A DNA stretch of 64,000 nucleotides, from assembly GCF_001447785.1 (NCBI RefSeq), contig NW_015165238.1:4539-68538 (forward strand), given 5' to 3'. The notes beneath the pieces were generated by a model, which saw only the letters and a program-made list of their open reading frames with translations, had not been told where the DNA came from and ran no database searches. The translations under genes were made by a program, and so were the position numbers. Numbering within the stretch: position 1 is the stretch's first letter; each line of letters begins with the position of its first letter. Shown here piece after piece: positions 49,447 to 60,987 of this stretch. The stretch comes from Gekko japonicus. Taxonomy: Eukaryota.

Positions 49447-49741
49447 TCAGTTTGGTGTAGTGGTTAAGTGCGCAGACTCTAATCTGGGAGAACCAGGTTT
49501 GATTCCCCACTTCTCCACTTGCACCTGGCTGGATGACCTTGGGCAAGCCATAGTTTTGATAAGAGCTGTTCTTGAAAAAGAGCAGTTTCTGTCAAGAGCT
49601 CTCTCAGCCCCACCTACCTCACAGGGTGTCTGTTGTGGGGAGGGGAAGGGAAAGGAGTTTGTAAACCACTCTGAGACACCTTTGTATAGTGAAGGGTGGG
49701 GTATAAATCCAATCTCCTCCTCCTCCTCCTCTTCTTCTTCA
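49447..49741 (+). mobile_element. Squam3-type CORE SINE
   Basis: Boxes A/B, CORE, (TCC/TCT)n tail, flanking cacaag repeat. Confidence 0.87.
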
Positions 49742-50160
49742 CAAGCCCACCAAAATTAATCACAAAATTTAGTTAATGAGCCAGCTCATGCTCATCCCTT
49801 GTATCACATCATACTTTTCAAGAGTTATTCCACCAATCCCAGCTCAGTCTATTCCCCATTGGCCATGTTCTCATTCTTTCTCTTCTTACTTACTGTATTT
49901 CTGTTACCATTTGTAGTTATGGGTCAAAACTCAAGACACATTTTGGACAGTTATATAGGTGTGAATCAGGATATGTCCTTTTTAGACTGAGGAAGGGCAG
50001 GAGGTTTAAAGATTGTCTTACTCAGCTATGATTCATTTCATCAATACCCAGCATTACAAAGAGGGGAATCTTGCTTCATGGTTGCTCCAACTCAAGTATG
50101 GTTGGACTGAGAGAAACTTACTACAGAGATGTTGACCCTCTTGGCAAAAGTAAAACCATG

Positions 50161-51453
50161 TGTTACCACAAATGGTCTGCCTTGTTGTATGGGGAAATTA
50201 GCTAGGCAGCAGGCAAGGCCAGAGGGGTACAAGGGATCTGTACACATGTCTATATGAAGGTCAGGCAGAGTAAGAAGACTCTAGATTTGAAGAGTAAATT
50301 AAATAGGTTTTATTGAAGAATTTCCCTAATTACAAGCACACTAAGCATTCAAATGAGCAAGCAATACAGAACTAAGAGAGCAGAGGTGCTTGATAGTGAA
50401 TAGAGGGGTCAGTTACGGGGTGATTGATAGTGAATAGAGGGGTCAATTACAGGGTGATACAACCTGTCCGGACATTCATGAGTCCATGGAGATGAGATTA
50501 TGGCCCAAACCAAAGGTTTAGGGGTGAAATGCCCTAATTGTCATTAGGGGCAGACACAAAAAATCTGAGGCCATGTGCTGTGATGGAAATAGACATTGGA
50601 AAACAATGCAGACCAATGGAAGGCCTTTGGGGCTAGTATCAGGTGAGAGCAATAGATTTTCTATACTAATAAGGAATCCATGGAGGCATGGTACCAGGCA
50701 GAACATAACTCAGGAGTGACCAATGGTGTCCCAGAGGGTCAGAGTCATGCTTAACAATTGCTATAATGAGATCAAGCCAGGTGCTGGCTAGGTGGCTGGG
50801 AGCGTCCATTGTGGATCAATGGACTGGACTGGCATTTCCCTGTTGCCACACAAAAGAGGTGATGTTTCATAACATGTGGCAGGATGAACCTGAATGGGAG
50901 ACCATTCACTAGATATGGAGAGTTAATGTTGACCTTGATAGAGCTGACATAGGTGTAAGAATGCAGGTATTTTAGGCAAATATCTGGAGACAGGAATGAG
51001 AGGATTATTCCAAAGTTATTTCCTAACATATAGATGAAACAGGAGAGGGGGGATGGAAGCATGCAATATACTTCATTCATGACAATAGTACAGAGGCTCT
51101 TTGTCCCTCCCTGCCTGTACATTTGACAGACAAAAGTCTAGCCATTTGGTCAGTAGAAGATGCCAGAGGCGAGAGCAGAGATTTGCCAATTTTAGTCCTT
51201 TTGGACTGAGCTCACAGGAGAGAACGGGGGGTTGTTTACATGGAGGATGTTTGGCAGTGCCGCCAGCCTGGAGAATCTTCACTTGGCCTGAGTTTTCCCA
51301 GCCAAGATGTCTTTATCCTAGCCTCCCAAGAAAAGACACTGTTTAAGCCAAGTCTGGCTTCATGAGGGCACTGTTTTAGGAGGTTCAGAGGTTGTTTTGG
51401 GGTGTCTCTCAGGAAAGACCACCCTGGGTTCAGGGCCTAGGAGGCTGATTACA
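50161..51453 (-). mobile_element. Solo LTR, 1293 bp
   Basis: TGT...ACA termini, 4-bp TSD CATG (50157-50160 / 51454-51457), minus-strand AATAAA near 50310, empty site near 41922. Confidence 0.85.
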
Positions 51454-52003
51454 CATGGCCTTTTCTGGGTCAGAGAAGTAGCAAAGGAAGGAGAAACTCT
51501 TAATTCTTACTAACATAGCCTTTTCTGAAACTTTTTGCCGCCTCTCCTGCATCCATGAGTTAAACGACTTCTGAGCGTATTATTTTAGGATATGTGTTGT
51601 CAGATTCCATATCCTACAGAAGCAAATGTCAAGACTATTGAGTTCAGAGCTAAACACCTCTGCCATAGAGCCAAGAGTGGAGGCATATGAAGATGAAAAC
51701 TTTTTGAGCTTTCCATCTCATCTTGCATCTAGGATTTCCTAGACTATAACTGGCAGAGAGAACCTGACAGTTACTGGGACTTTCTGCCTCAAATGTCACC
51801 TGAGTATAGGAAGTAGGACAGGCATATTGGTTTGGTAGGGAGGTAAAATAAAAATAAAAATAAATAATGAGAAGTGTTATTTCTTAAATAATATTATAAT
51901 AAGAATAGCATTTTATTTCTATTTAATGCCACCCATCCCATTAAAACAAAAATATACCCAGCTATTCAGCTTATGAAACATCTGGAGCTACTAGAAACAT
52001 TTT

Positions 52004-52951
52004 CTAAAATCCTACAGGTGACCAGAATTTCTGAGTCCACTTCTTCAGGGCTTCCTTCACCTCCTTATTCCTCAAACTGTATATCAGGGGATTGATCATT
52101 GGTGTCATGACAGTATAGAAAAAGGAGAACACTTTTGACGAGCCCATCAGTAAGGGGCCTTCTGGAAGGAGATACACAATCATTAAGGTGCCATAGAAAA
52201 TGGTAACTACAAGAAGGTGGGAGGAGCAGGTGGAAAATGCCTTTTGTCTCCCAGTGATTGAGGGGATTCTCAGGATGACTGATATGATGCAAATGTAGGA
52301 TGTGATGGTCAACAGAAATGGAGGGAAAGTGAATACAGAACACAACACAAAGGCTACTTCCATAACCAGAGATATGTCACTACAGGCCAACTTGCTTAGT
52401 GGTACAAAATCACAGAAGAAATGGTCGATTTCATTGATGCCACAGTACGTTAACTGTGACAGCCATACAACTACTACTGAGACCGAAAAACAGCCACTTA
52501 TCCAAGAACCAGCTGCCAAAGTGATACATACCTTGTTATTCATACGGAACTGATATTGGAATGGTTTGCAAATAGCTAAATACCGATCATAAGACATTAC
52601 AGATAAGAGACAAGTTTCTGCAGTCACCAGAAAGCCAAACAAATATAACTGTATAAAACAACCTGGTAAGGAAATGGCTTTATTCCCTGTCAGGAAACTC
52701 ACTAGCATTCTGGGGAGGATGGTTGAAGTGTAACAAATCTCCAAACAAGACAAGTTCCCCAGGAAGAAGTACATGGGGATGTGAAGTTGCCTGTCAGTCA
52801 TAACTAGCACAACAATAAGAAGATTCCCTATGATGGTAATGATGTAGATTACTAGAAACAGCAAGAAGAAAAGAATCTGAAGTTCAGGATGATCCCCAAA
52901 TCCCAGGAGGATGAATTCTGTGATGACTGTTTGGTTTATCAAGAAGTTTAC
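52004..52951 (-). CDS. Olfactory receptor 11A1-like (sauropsid-expanded type); full 7TM frame but no local ATG
   Basis: Motifs [39 protein letters not shown] and [12 protein letters not shown]. Acceptor tttctctccag, then GTA AAC TTC TTG ATA AAC CAA ACA; the expected Met position is TTG (52942). Confidence 0.85.
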   Translation of the reverse strand, partial: VNFLINQTVITEFILLGFGDHPELQILFFLLFLVIYIITIIGNLLIVVLVMTDRQLHIPMYFFLGNLSCLEICYTSTILPRMLVSFLTGNKAISLPGCFIQLYLFGFLVTAETCLLSVMSYDRYLAICKPFQYQFRMNNKVCITLAAGSWISGCFSVSVVVVWLSQLTYCGINEIDHFFCDFVPLSKLACSDISLVMEVAFVLCSVFTFPPFLLTITSYICIISVILRIPSITGRQKAFSTCSSHLLVVTIFYGTLMIVYLLPEGPLLMGSSKVFSFFYTVMTPMINPLIYSLRNKEVKEALKKWTQKFWSPVGF

Positions 52952-53374
52952 CTGGAGAGAAAAAATAGCAATGAAAGCATAATTATAGTTTGCTGTCGAA
53001 AATTGGTCTGCTGTGCAAGCCTAATAGTATTGCAGCCTTTAAAGAAATGGCCGCTAGACATTTCTCAGTGTTTAACTGGGATGTTCACAGGCACACAGGC
53101 AGTTCTGAGTCGAATAAAAAACTGTCCTTCCATCACAATATAAACATCAGTTTTTCCTTCACTCTCTAGCTCTGTTTGCATGGTAAAAGGGTGATCTGCT
53201 GCTATGTGGGCTGGCTGGATATGAAAATCCGCTCTTAGCCCGTTCACGGGAAGGGCGGGGTATAAACTGAATTAATTAATAAATAAAGTAAATAAATAAA
53301 AATGTATATCAGAAGGAAAGCTAGAGACTGTGGCTACACAAAGCCTTTGTGGCACTCCTCTCTGTAGACAAATG

Positions 53375-53652
53375 AGAGCCAATTTGGTGTAGTGGTTAGG
53401 AGTGTGGACTCTAATCTGTGAGAACTGGGTTTGATTCCTCACTTTGCCACATGCAGCTGCTGGTGTGACCTTAGGTCAGTCATAAGTTCTTTCAGAGCTG
53501 TTCTCTCAAGGACAGTTCTTGAAAGAGTTCTCTCAGCCCCACCTACCTCACAGGGTGTCTGTTGTGGGGAGGGGAATGGAAAGGGATTGTAAACTGCTCT
53601 GAGACTCCTTCGGGTAGTGAAAGGTGGGGTATAAATCCAATATCTTCTTCTC
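53375..53652 (+). mobile_element. Squam3-type CORE SINE
   Basis: Boxes A/B, CORE, TCT tail. Confidence 0.85.
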
Positions 53653-54118
53653 TTGTGGAAGCATGGTACCTTTTGAGGGGGAGCAGGTGTGTAGGCTGTA
53701 CCTAGCAGGTAGTGTAAATGTTTGGCCATCACTGTGCCTTCTGTGCATGGGGTAGTGTGGTGCTGTTGTTAGTGTGTAACATAGTAGTTACTGGGTAGGA
53801 ACTTTGTTGCAATAGACATTGTTTGAATGATGGTCATCCCTACATTGCAAGCTTAGGTAACCGTAGCACCTAGGAAATAGGAAAGTCTGTTTAGAACATT
53901 TGTTCCGGACAAGCAGACAAACCCTTAAAGCTGACACATTTGAAGCAATTTTAGTGCCTACAGGAAGCAGAAGGAATGCCAGGCTTGATCTAACCACAGC
54001 ATGATTGGCAGCTGTCAAGCTACAGTCAGGGTGAGAAGTTTTGGGCGATGGTGAGAGCTTTGCTGTAATCAGTAACCTGCTTGTGTTATTTATTTGCATG
54101 TGTTGAATAGATTGCATG

Positions 54119-54678
54119 TGCCCAGACATGGTAGGCAAACAAGAGAAGAAAGAAGGTGAGCTGTGAGGTCATGGCTAGCATAAAGGAAAACACCAAGTTT
54201 ACTTCCTGGAAAGTTTCAAGGAATCTAAATGGGGAACCAAGAAAAAAAAGAAGTTAGGAGGAAATAAAATGTGTGCCCTCCTGTTGTCTGCGGTGCCATG
54301 GATGCATGACTGAAGGGGCACAAATTATGAAAGACCTTGTACCTACATTATAAGGGAAATAACCACAGAAGGAGAAAGAAAAGTATAAAATATGTGTCTG
54401 CCCAGACATGGTAGGCAAACAAGAGAAAAAAGAAGGTGAGCTGTGAGGTCATGGCTGGCATAAAGAAAAACACCAAGTTTACATCCTGGAAAGTTTCAAG
54501 GGATCTAAATGGGGAACCAAGAAAAAAGAAGAAGTTAGGAGAAGATAAAATGTGTGCCCTCCTGTTGTCTGCGGTGCCATGAATGCATGACTGAAGGGGC
54601 ACAAAGTATGAAAGACCTTGTACCTACATTATAAGGGAAATAACCACAGAAGGAGAAAGAAAAGTATAAAATATGTGT
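54119..54678 (+). repeat. Tandem duplication, 280-bp unit x2
   Basis: cccagacatggtaggcaaac at 54121 and 54401; single copy in unit 1 (9850-10140). Confidence 0.92.
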
Positions 54679-56199
54679 CAGTCCAAGACAAAATCAGAAA
54701 TCTCCCCTAAAAGGTTTCTCCTGATCAACCAGCACCAAAGGGCTTAGCCAGCCTTTTGGATCTTCTTCAGAGACCTCCCTTGGGAGTTTTCTCTTGTTCA
54801 ATCAGTAGTATCAAAACAATCAGGATTTACAATGTATACAGAATGAAAAAAAACCAACAGCCCCCAAACAAAGAAAAACACTATCATCTCTTATTGCAAG
54901 TACAGATAAATTTACCAGTTCCAATGTGGACAAAATTTATAAAGGTTCACAATTTTAGGCATTCAGAAAGTCCATCAAAGGAAGAGATCAATGTACAGTT
55001 ACTATTGCTGATTTTACAGCAGAAATAAATTCTTCATAGAAAGCACGCAGCTGTGTAATGCGACAACGGACACATCCAGATCTTGGAAGACAGTTTCAAA
55101 TTAGAAATCCTTCCTCCAGGTCGCCTTGTAACGAGGAGCCAATGCTGTTATCAGTATTTCACATGCAGAAAGCTATTAATCAATTTTGTAGGCATATTGG
55201 CTGTCCTTCAGCTGGAGATCCTGGGATTTTTACCTGAAACCTTCTGCAAGCCAAGCAGAAGCCATACCACTGAGCCATGGCCCTCTCAATAAATGTTTTG
55301 CTCACCAGCCCTCTAGACAATTTCAGGTGGTCAATAACATCCCATGATCCTCCCGCAACTGTGTGTTTTGCTTTTGAAATCTGATTTTTAAAAACTAAGG
55401 TAAAATCTTGATGAAAATTTAAGGCAATTACTCTTGGTTGGAAACAGCCAGATTTTTAGGCTAATCTTTTCCTGTTTTCTTTCTTATTGAAGCAACTGTT
55501 TCACATGGCTTTTGTCCATGCAGGTGACATGACTCTGAGTACAGTTTTTTCCTCTGTAGTAGAAATGCTGGTTGGATCCAACCCATTAAGTACAAAGTTG
55601 CCAGTTCCATTTTGTTCATTATAAAACTTAACTCCAACAGCATCATAATTTTGAGTGCTGCAAAATAAATTTGAAGAAGGGGGGGGTTGTCTGTTTTTTA
55701 GTTATGTATATTTCACCCAAATTGTTTTTAGCTCCAAATCATGCCTAGGCAGAGATTTATAGCCAGATACTTAGATCAAAATGTCAACCTACCATTAAGT
55801 CCTCAAGCTTTTTGTGATATTTATCAAATGGTAGTAGTTCAAATAGAATTGTTTTATCAAAAATAAATAAATAAAGCCACAACTAAAATGAAAGGAATAC
55901 TAGACTGGCAATCTGAAAGGAACAGCATTGGTTTGAGGAAGGTGTTGAACTTTCATTTTTGTACCCAACCCAGTATAAATCTGTATTTAATGTTATCACA
56001 AAGCATTGAAGTTTTCTCTGGTTATAGTGCACATTATCGCCTTGACTGACCTGGGCGAAAATATCTATTTTATAGGATGGTGTTTAATAAGATGGTCTAG
56101 TCACAGCTCCCAATACAAATTATTTATTTAGATTTATAGCTGAAAAGGAATTAGAACAAGACCTCATCATCCAGTCCTACCATTGTCATCTCTGTCATC

Positions 56200-56502
56200 T
56201 ATTCTCTCTTGCTCCAGATTGCAAGACTAGATCTAACGGGTGGAAATTACAAGGGAGTTGATACCAGCTAAATATCAGGAGAAACTTCCTAACTGTAAGA
56301 GTGTTTGAGCAGTGGAACAGACTGCCTCGGGAGGTTGTGGATGCTCCTTCGCTGGACATTTTCAAGCGGAGGCTGGACGACCATCTTTCGGGTATGTTGT
56401 AGGGCTATCTTTCAGCTATGCTCCTGCAGAATTCAGAGGGCTGGACTAGATGACCTGTAAGGTCCCTTCCAACTCTAACATTCTATGATTCTATGATTCT
56501 AT
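56200..56502 (+). mobile_element. CR1 LINE 3' end
   Basis: IRRNFLTVRVFEQWNRLPREVV...FKRRLD; (TTCTATGA)n tail. Confidence 0.92.
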
Positions 56503-57762
56503 ACTGATCATAACTTTTTTTTAAAAAATGCATGCATTTCCTTTGCTTTTTAAGCTAGAGAAAAAAACACTGGATAATATGTAGTGTATAAACAAATCTA
56601 TCAACTTAAGCTATTCTGCAAATCTAACTAAATAAAAAAAAAACAGCTAACAACATGATTGTCAACAGAATTTTGCATGGTATTAGTATCTTAATGTCTA
56701 CGGCAATAGTATATTTTTTGTCCATAAACTCACAGCATTCATTGAGATGATAATCAAGTATGTGTCTCAGTAAAATGACAGACTGATTCCCGGGGAAAGC
56801 AGAAATGTTTTCTAATGTCTTTAAATCAGGTGTTTTATTTTCTGCAAGGAAAACAGTGTCATCAGAGTGTCAGTCCTCATGGGCATTCCACATGACTTAC
56901 GAGAGGAATTAACTGAAGAGGCTTGTACTCACCTATCATGCCACAGGGAACAGCCTTATGGACTTCATGAGCTACAATTCCTAATCCTGAAAACCAGGCA
57001 TGCAGCTCCAGATTGATCTGTCTGACCTTACATTGTCATATGCTGTAGAAAAAAATTACTCCAAATTGTGAGCCAGCCCCTAAAAATTGGGGGAAGGGAA
57101 ATCATTTAAGATCACTTTTTCCCCTTCTTTCTATCTTTGGATCCAAATCAGTGGAGGTTAATTTTTCACGAGACATAGGACCATGTGAAATGATGTCTTA
57201 TCAGTAACATATAACTGTAATGATGCAGACTTCTTCCTCTGTAAGGAGTATTCCTCTGGACCGAGCAACCTTCCATCATTGGAATATATTTCAGAAGAGG
57301 AAGAGTATAATGTTAGTGTAATAGAAACTTTGCATCCAATCCTGTATTAGTAAGGGAAATGCTGTGAAAAGAAAATAAGCAGAATGTCTAAATAATTATT
57401 TTAACTACATGAAACAGAGTACTTTATTAAGATAGAGATGGTCCCAGGTTTGAATGGGCCACAGGTGATTGAGTATAACCAAGCCCCTTTCCCCTTTGGT
57501 ATGGCCCCATTCCATTTGGTACCCCCATTTGGCTATTCTTTTTCTTCTTTGACCATCCCCTTTTCCATTTCAATTTGCTTGTGTAAATTTGTATAAAACC
57601 AGAGAGAAGAAAATATGCGTCCCAATTTATTTAGTGTGATGATTTTATTTAGTGTGCTATTCAATAAAATTGGCATGATCTGTGTACAAGTAATTTTAAA
57701 AGTACGGTTCTGGAGGAACTTCAAGGTCTGTGAAAAAGTTACACCACTCTCTTCAATAAAGT

Positions 57763-57990
57763 AGAACAAAGTTTGAGTCCGGTGGCACGTTGAAGACCAA
57801 CAAAGTTTAATTCTGGGTATAAACTTTTGTGTGCATACACACTTCTTCAGATACAGCACACTATATCTGAAGGAGTGTGCATGCACATAAAAGCTTATAC
57901 CCAGAATTAAACTCTGTTGGTCATAAAAGTATCACAGTACTCAAACTTTGCTCTGTTGCTTCAGACCATCACAGCTGCCCACCTGAATCA
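57763..57990. mobile_element. Penelope-derived inverted pLTR pair with decayed hammerhead motifs
   Basis: ~90-bp arms at 57763-57853 and 57864-57954, each carrying tatCTGAAG(A/G)Agtgtg.atgcaca.aAAAg.tta. Flanked by similar cactctc..caat.aaagt sequences. Confidence 0.72.
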
Positions 57991-58014
57991 CTCTCCCCAA
58001 TGAAAGTGCAGAGG

Positions 58015-58355
58015 CAGGGGTCGTTTCATAGAAAAAGAGCTAGGGGAACTCATTAGTATAACTCATTAGCATATGCCACACCCCCTGACATCATAAGGCC
58101 CGGCGGTGGACCTGCAAGGCCGGCGGGAGTGTGAGGAAGCCCCACCAAGGCCCTCCCTGGCCCCAGGCAGGCAGGGGTGGGGAGAGGAGGGGAGGAAGCA
58201 ACTTACCCTCTCTCTTCTCGTGCGTCCTCCTGGCTGAATGAGGGCCGGAAGCGGGGCGGCCGGAAGCGGGGGGTGGGGCTTCATCATGTGCCCCGCCCCC
58301 CGCACATCACCCAGGGGAACTGCGATCCCCCATGACCCCCCCAAATCGACCTCTG
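58015..58355 (+). mobile_element. hAT MITE
   Basis: CAGGGGTCGTTT / AAATCGACCTCTG termini, perfect TSD TGCAGAGG. Confidence 0.87.
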
Positions 58356-59114
58356 TGCAGAGGCCAGTTTACATCCATCCAAAATGCTTAAATAACTGAA
58401 CAATCCCAACATACTGAAGAAGTTTATTTGGAACCATCAGGTAAAACGAAGGGAAATTAATCACTCAGCACTGCATCTAATGATAAAAGGAATCATAATT
58501 TAGATAATACAAGAAAATAAAACTTATTTTGAATACTGAGAAATGCATCCCTCAGTTGTTGCTGTTTTTTAAACCCAAAGTTACATCTCTGATAACTGAA
58601 TCCTCCAGCAAATATTACAGTTCAAATCTTAAATTGTTGGTTTGTTGGTTTTATACATCTATACTGTTTCTAAAAAATATTTTGTACTATCTTTTTTTAA
58701 CTGTTTAAAGATTGCCTGGGGATTCCCCCCCCCCCCGAACAATATCTTCGAATTCCTTGGTACCATAATCACAGTATTGGTCACAAATATTGGACACCAA
58801 CATGCCATACTTTCCTGTTACTCCATCCAACACGCTGCTTGCAAGACCTTTTCATGTTCCATATGTGACATGCAGAATATATATATATATACTAGCAGAA
58901 AACCTTTTGTGAAACCGATACAAAGAGATCTAGAAATATGTGGTCTGTAACGAACGCATAGGCTGGATGGTGGTAAGGTAAACAGTAGTGGGTGAGGGTG
59001 GGAGGGGGTGGGGGAATGGCGGCGGCGGCTGGAGGCCTCTGCATCCCGTTGCTGGCCCTGGAGTGAGTGGGGGGGGAAGGGACCCGGCCTCCAGTTGCCG
59101 GCCCAGGAGTGGCA

Positions 59115-59570
59115 TCAGCCAGAATTACATATGCTAGTAAGTGGAAAAATGAGGAAACCCCTACCAGAGAAGATGTGATTGCCAAAATATTAGAAGTGGC
59201 AGAGATGGAGAAATTAACATTTATTTTACAAGATAAAGGATATGAAAATTTTGATAAATATTGGTTTAATTTTTATAGGTGGTTGAATGAGAGAAACTGG
59301 CTCAGTCTTGGCTAAATAAACGAGGAATGACTATGAATAGATGCGTGTAAAGATAGAGTAGTATTCGGATGTTTATAATAAATAGAATGGCTATACTATG
59401 AGAAAAGTTGGAATATGTCTGCAACCAGATTTTGTTAAAGAAGTTGGAATTGTATGAATGTGTGTTTGTTTTGTTGTGTTTTTTGTTTCTCACAATGTTT
59501 TTTCTTTTTTTCTTTTTGCTTTTTTGGTCTATGTGTGTGTTCAATGTCCTAAATACAAATAAAGAAATTA
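59115..59570 (+). mobile_element. L1 extreme 3' fragment
   Basis: ARITYASKWK...EVAEMEKLT...W..FY.WL matches the end of the 39623 L1 ORF; AATAAA near 59558. Confidence 0.85.
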
Positions 59571-60313
59571 TATATATAGTAGCAGTAAAGCCCGTTGTGA
59601 AAGCAATACAACGGGATCTAGAAAGAGGCTCTGGGGGAGTGCTCTGGCTTTGGGCAAACAGTGTCAATTTGCTGTGGTGACCTCAGCAGGGTATAATGAC
59701 AGAGTCCACTGTTTTCTCCAGAGGAACTGATCTCTGCTACCTGAAGAGCAGTTGTAATTGTGAGTGATCTGTAGCCCTCACCTGGAGATTGGCAGCAATT
59801 GTTACCCAGGACAAAGTGGCTGGTTTGGAGGGTGTAGTCTATGGCATTCTACCTGTCTGAGGTCCCACCCCTCTGCAAACCCCACCCTCTCCAGGCTCCA
59901 CCCCTCAAATCCCCAGGAATTTGTCAGCATGTAGTTGGCAACCCCATCTCCTTCCCAGCTAACCATCAACCTACCATTATCTGCCCCTTTGACTTCAGCT
60001 GACTTCTGCCCTCCCTTCTGCAGAGCAGTTGTAATTCTGAGTGCTCTCCAGCCCTCACCTGGAGATTGGCAACAATGGTTCCCCATGAGGGACTGAGTGG
60101 TTTGGAGGGTGGAGTCTATGGCAGTGTACCTGTCTGAGGTCCCACCCCTCCTCAAACCTCACCCTCTTCAGGCTCCATCCCTCAAATCTCCAGGAATTTC
60201 CCATCTGGAGTTGGCAACCCTATCAGGACTGGCCCCAATGTGTTTTCTTCCAAAGGCCAAAATAGGTGACAGGACCAAGCTTAGTTGCCTACCAACAGGC
60301 ACTGAGGGGAATG

Positions 60314-60531
60314 TAGGGTTGCCAGCTCTAAGGAGGGAAATACCTGGAGGTTTGGGGGGTGGATTCTGTAGAGGACAGCATTGGGGGGGGCGGAAGGACT
60401 CAGCAGGTATAATGTCATAGGGTCTACCCTCCAAAGCATCCATTTTCTCCAGGGGAACTGATCTCTGTCATCTGGAGATCAATTGTAACAGTGGGAGATC
60501 TCCAGGTCCCACCTGGAGATTGGCAACCCTA
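60314..60531. mobile_element. hAT MITE (TAGGGTTGCCA family)
   Basis: TIRs; TSD ggggaatg/ggggaaag. Confidence 0.82.
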
Positions 60532-60987
60532 GGGGAAAGTCAGCTGCACAGCAGGAGGTTGAAGAGAATGTCTGTCTTTACAACCCCCCCCCCACAGCCT
60601 CTGCCTAGGGAAAGGGCAGCTGACATCATTCTCCTCTCCCCTATGCAACTGAAAATTCCAACTGCCTTGCGGGGTGTGTGTGTGAATTTGAGGTGTGGAA
60701 TGGAGTGACGTCCAATCAGCTTCCATATGCAAATGACCTTGGAACACTGGGCGGGATTGCACAAAGCAGCCAGTCAACCCAGCCAGTGTCCTCTGAGTGG
60801 CATTTCTTCCGGCCTAACACTAAGGAGGCCAAATTTAGAATGTTGCGAAATAGAATGTTCACTACTCAATTATATATAAGGAGATATATATCCTGATTTG
60901 CTGTTAGCAAAGAGATGGGGAGTGTATGTCATTCGAGTGGGCAAATTGTCCAATGGCACCTTGGTGAGAGCTTAGCATCCATCACCA

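Larger units (their letters stand above)
44060..54850 (+). repeat. Segmental duplication unit 4 (exon, OR+, spacer, OR-)
   Basis: Collinear homology to units 1 and 3. Confidence 0.85.
58892..60884 (-). mobile_element. Probable non-autonomous Helitron(s) with two 3' termini
   Basis: 5' A|TC at 60884. Hairpin CCCGTTGT/ACAACGGG (59591-59615) about 11 nt before CTAC|T (59579). Second degenerate hairpin plus CTAG|T at 58892. Confidence 0.6.

Noticed and set aside
49447-49520. tRNA genes at box A/B motifs
   Set aside because: No cloverleaf; they continue into CORE SINE bodies.
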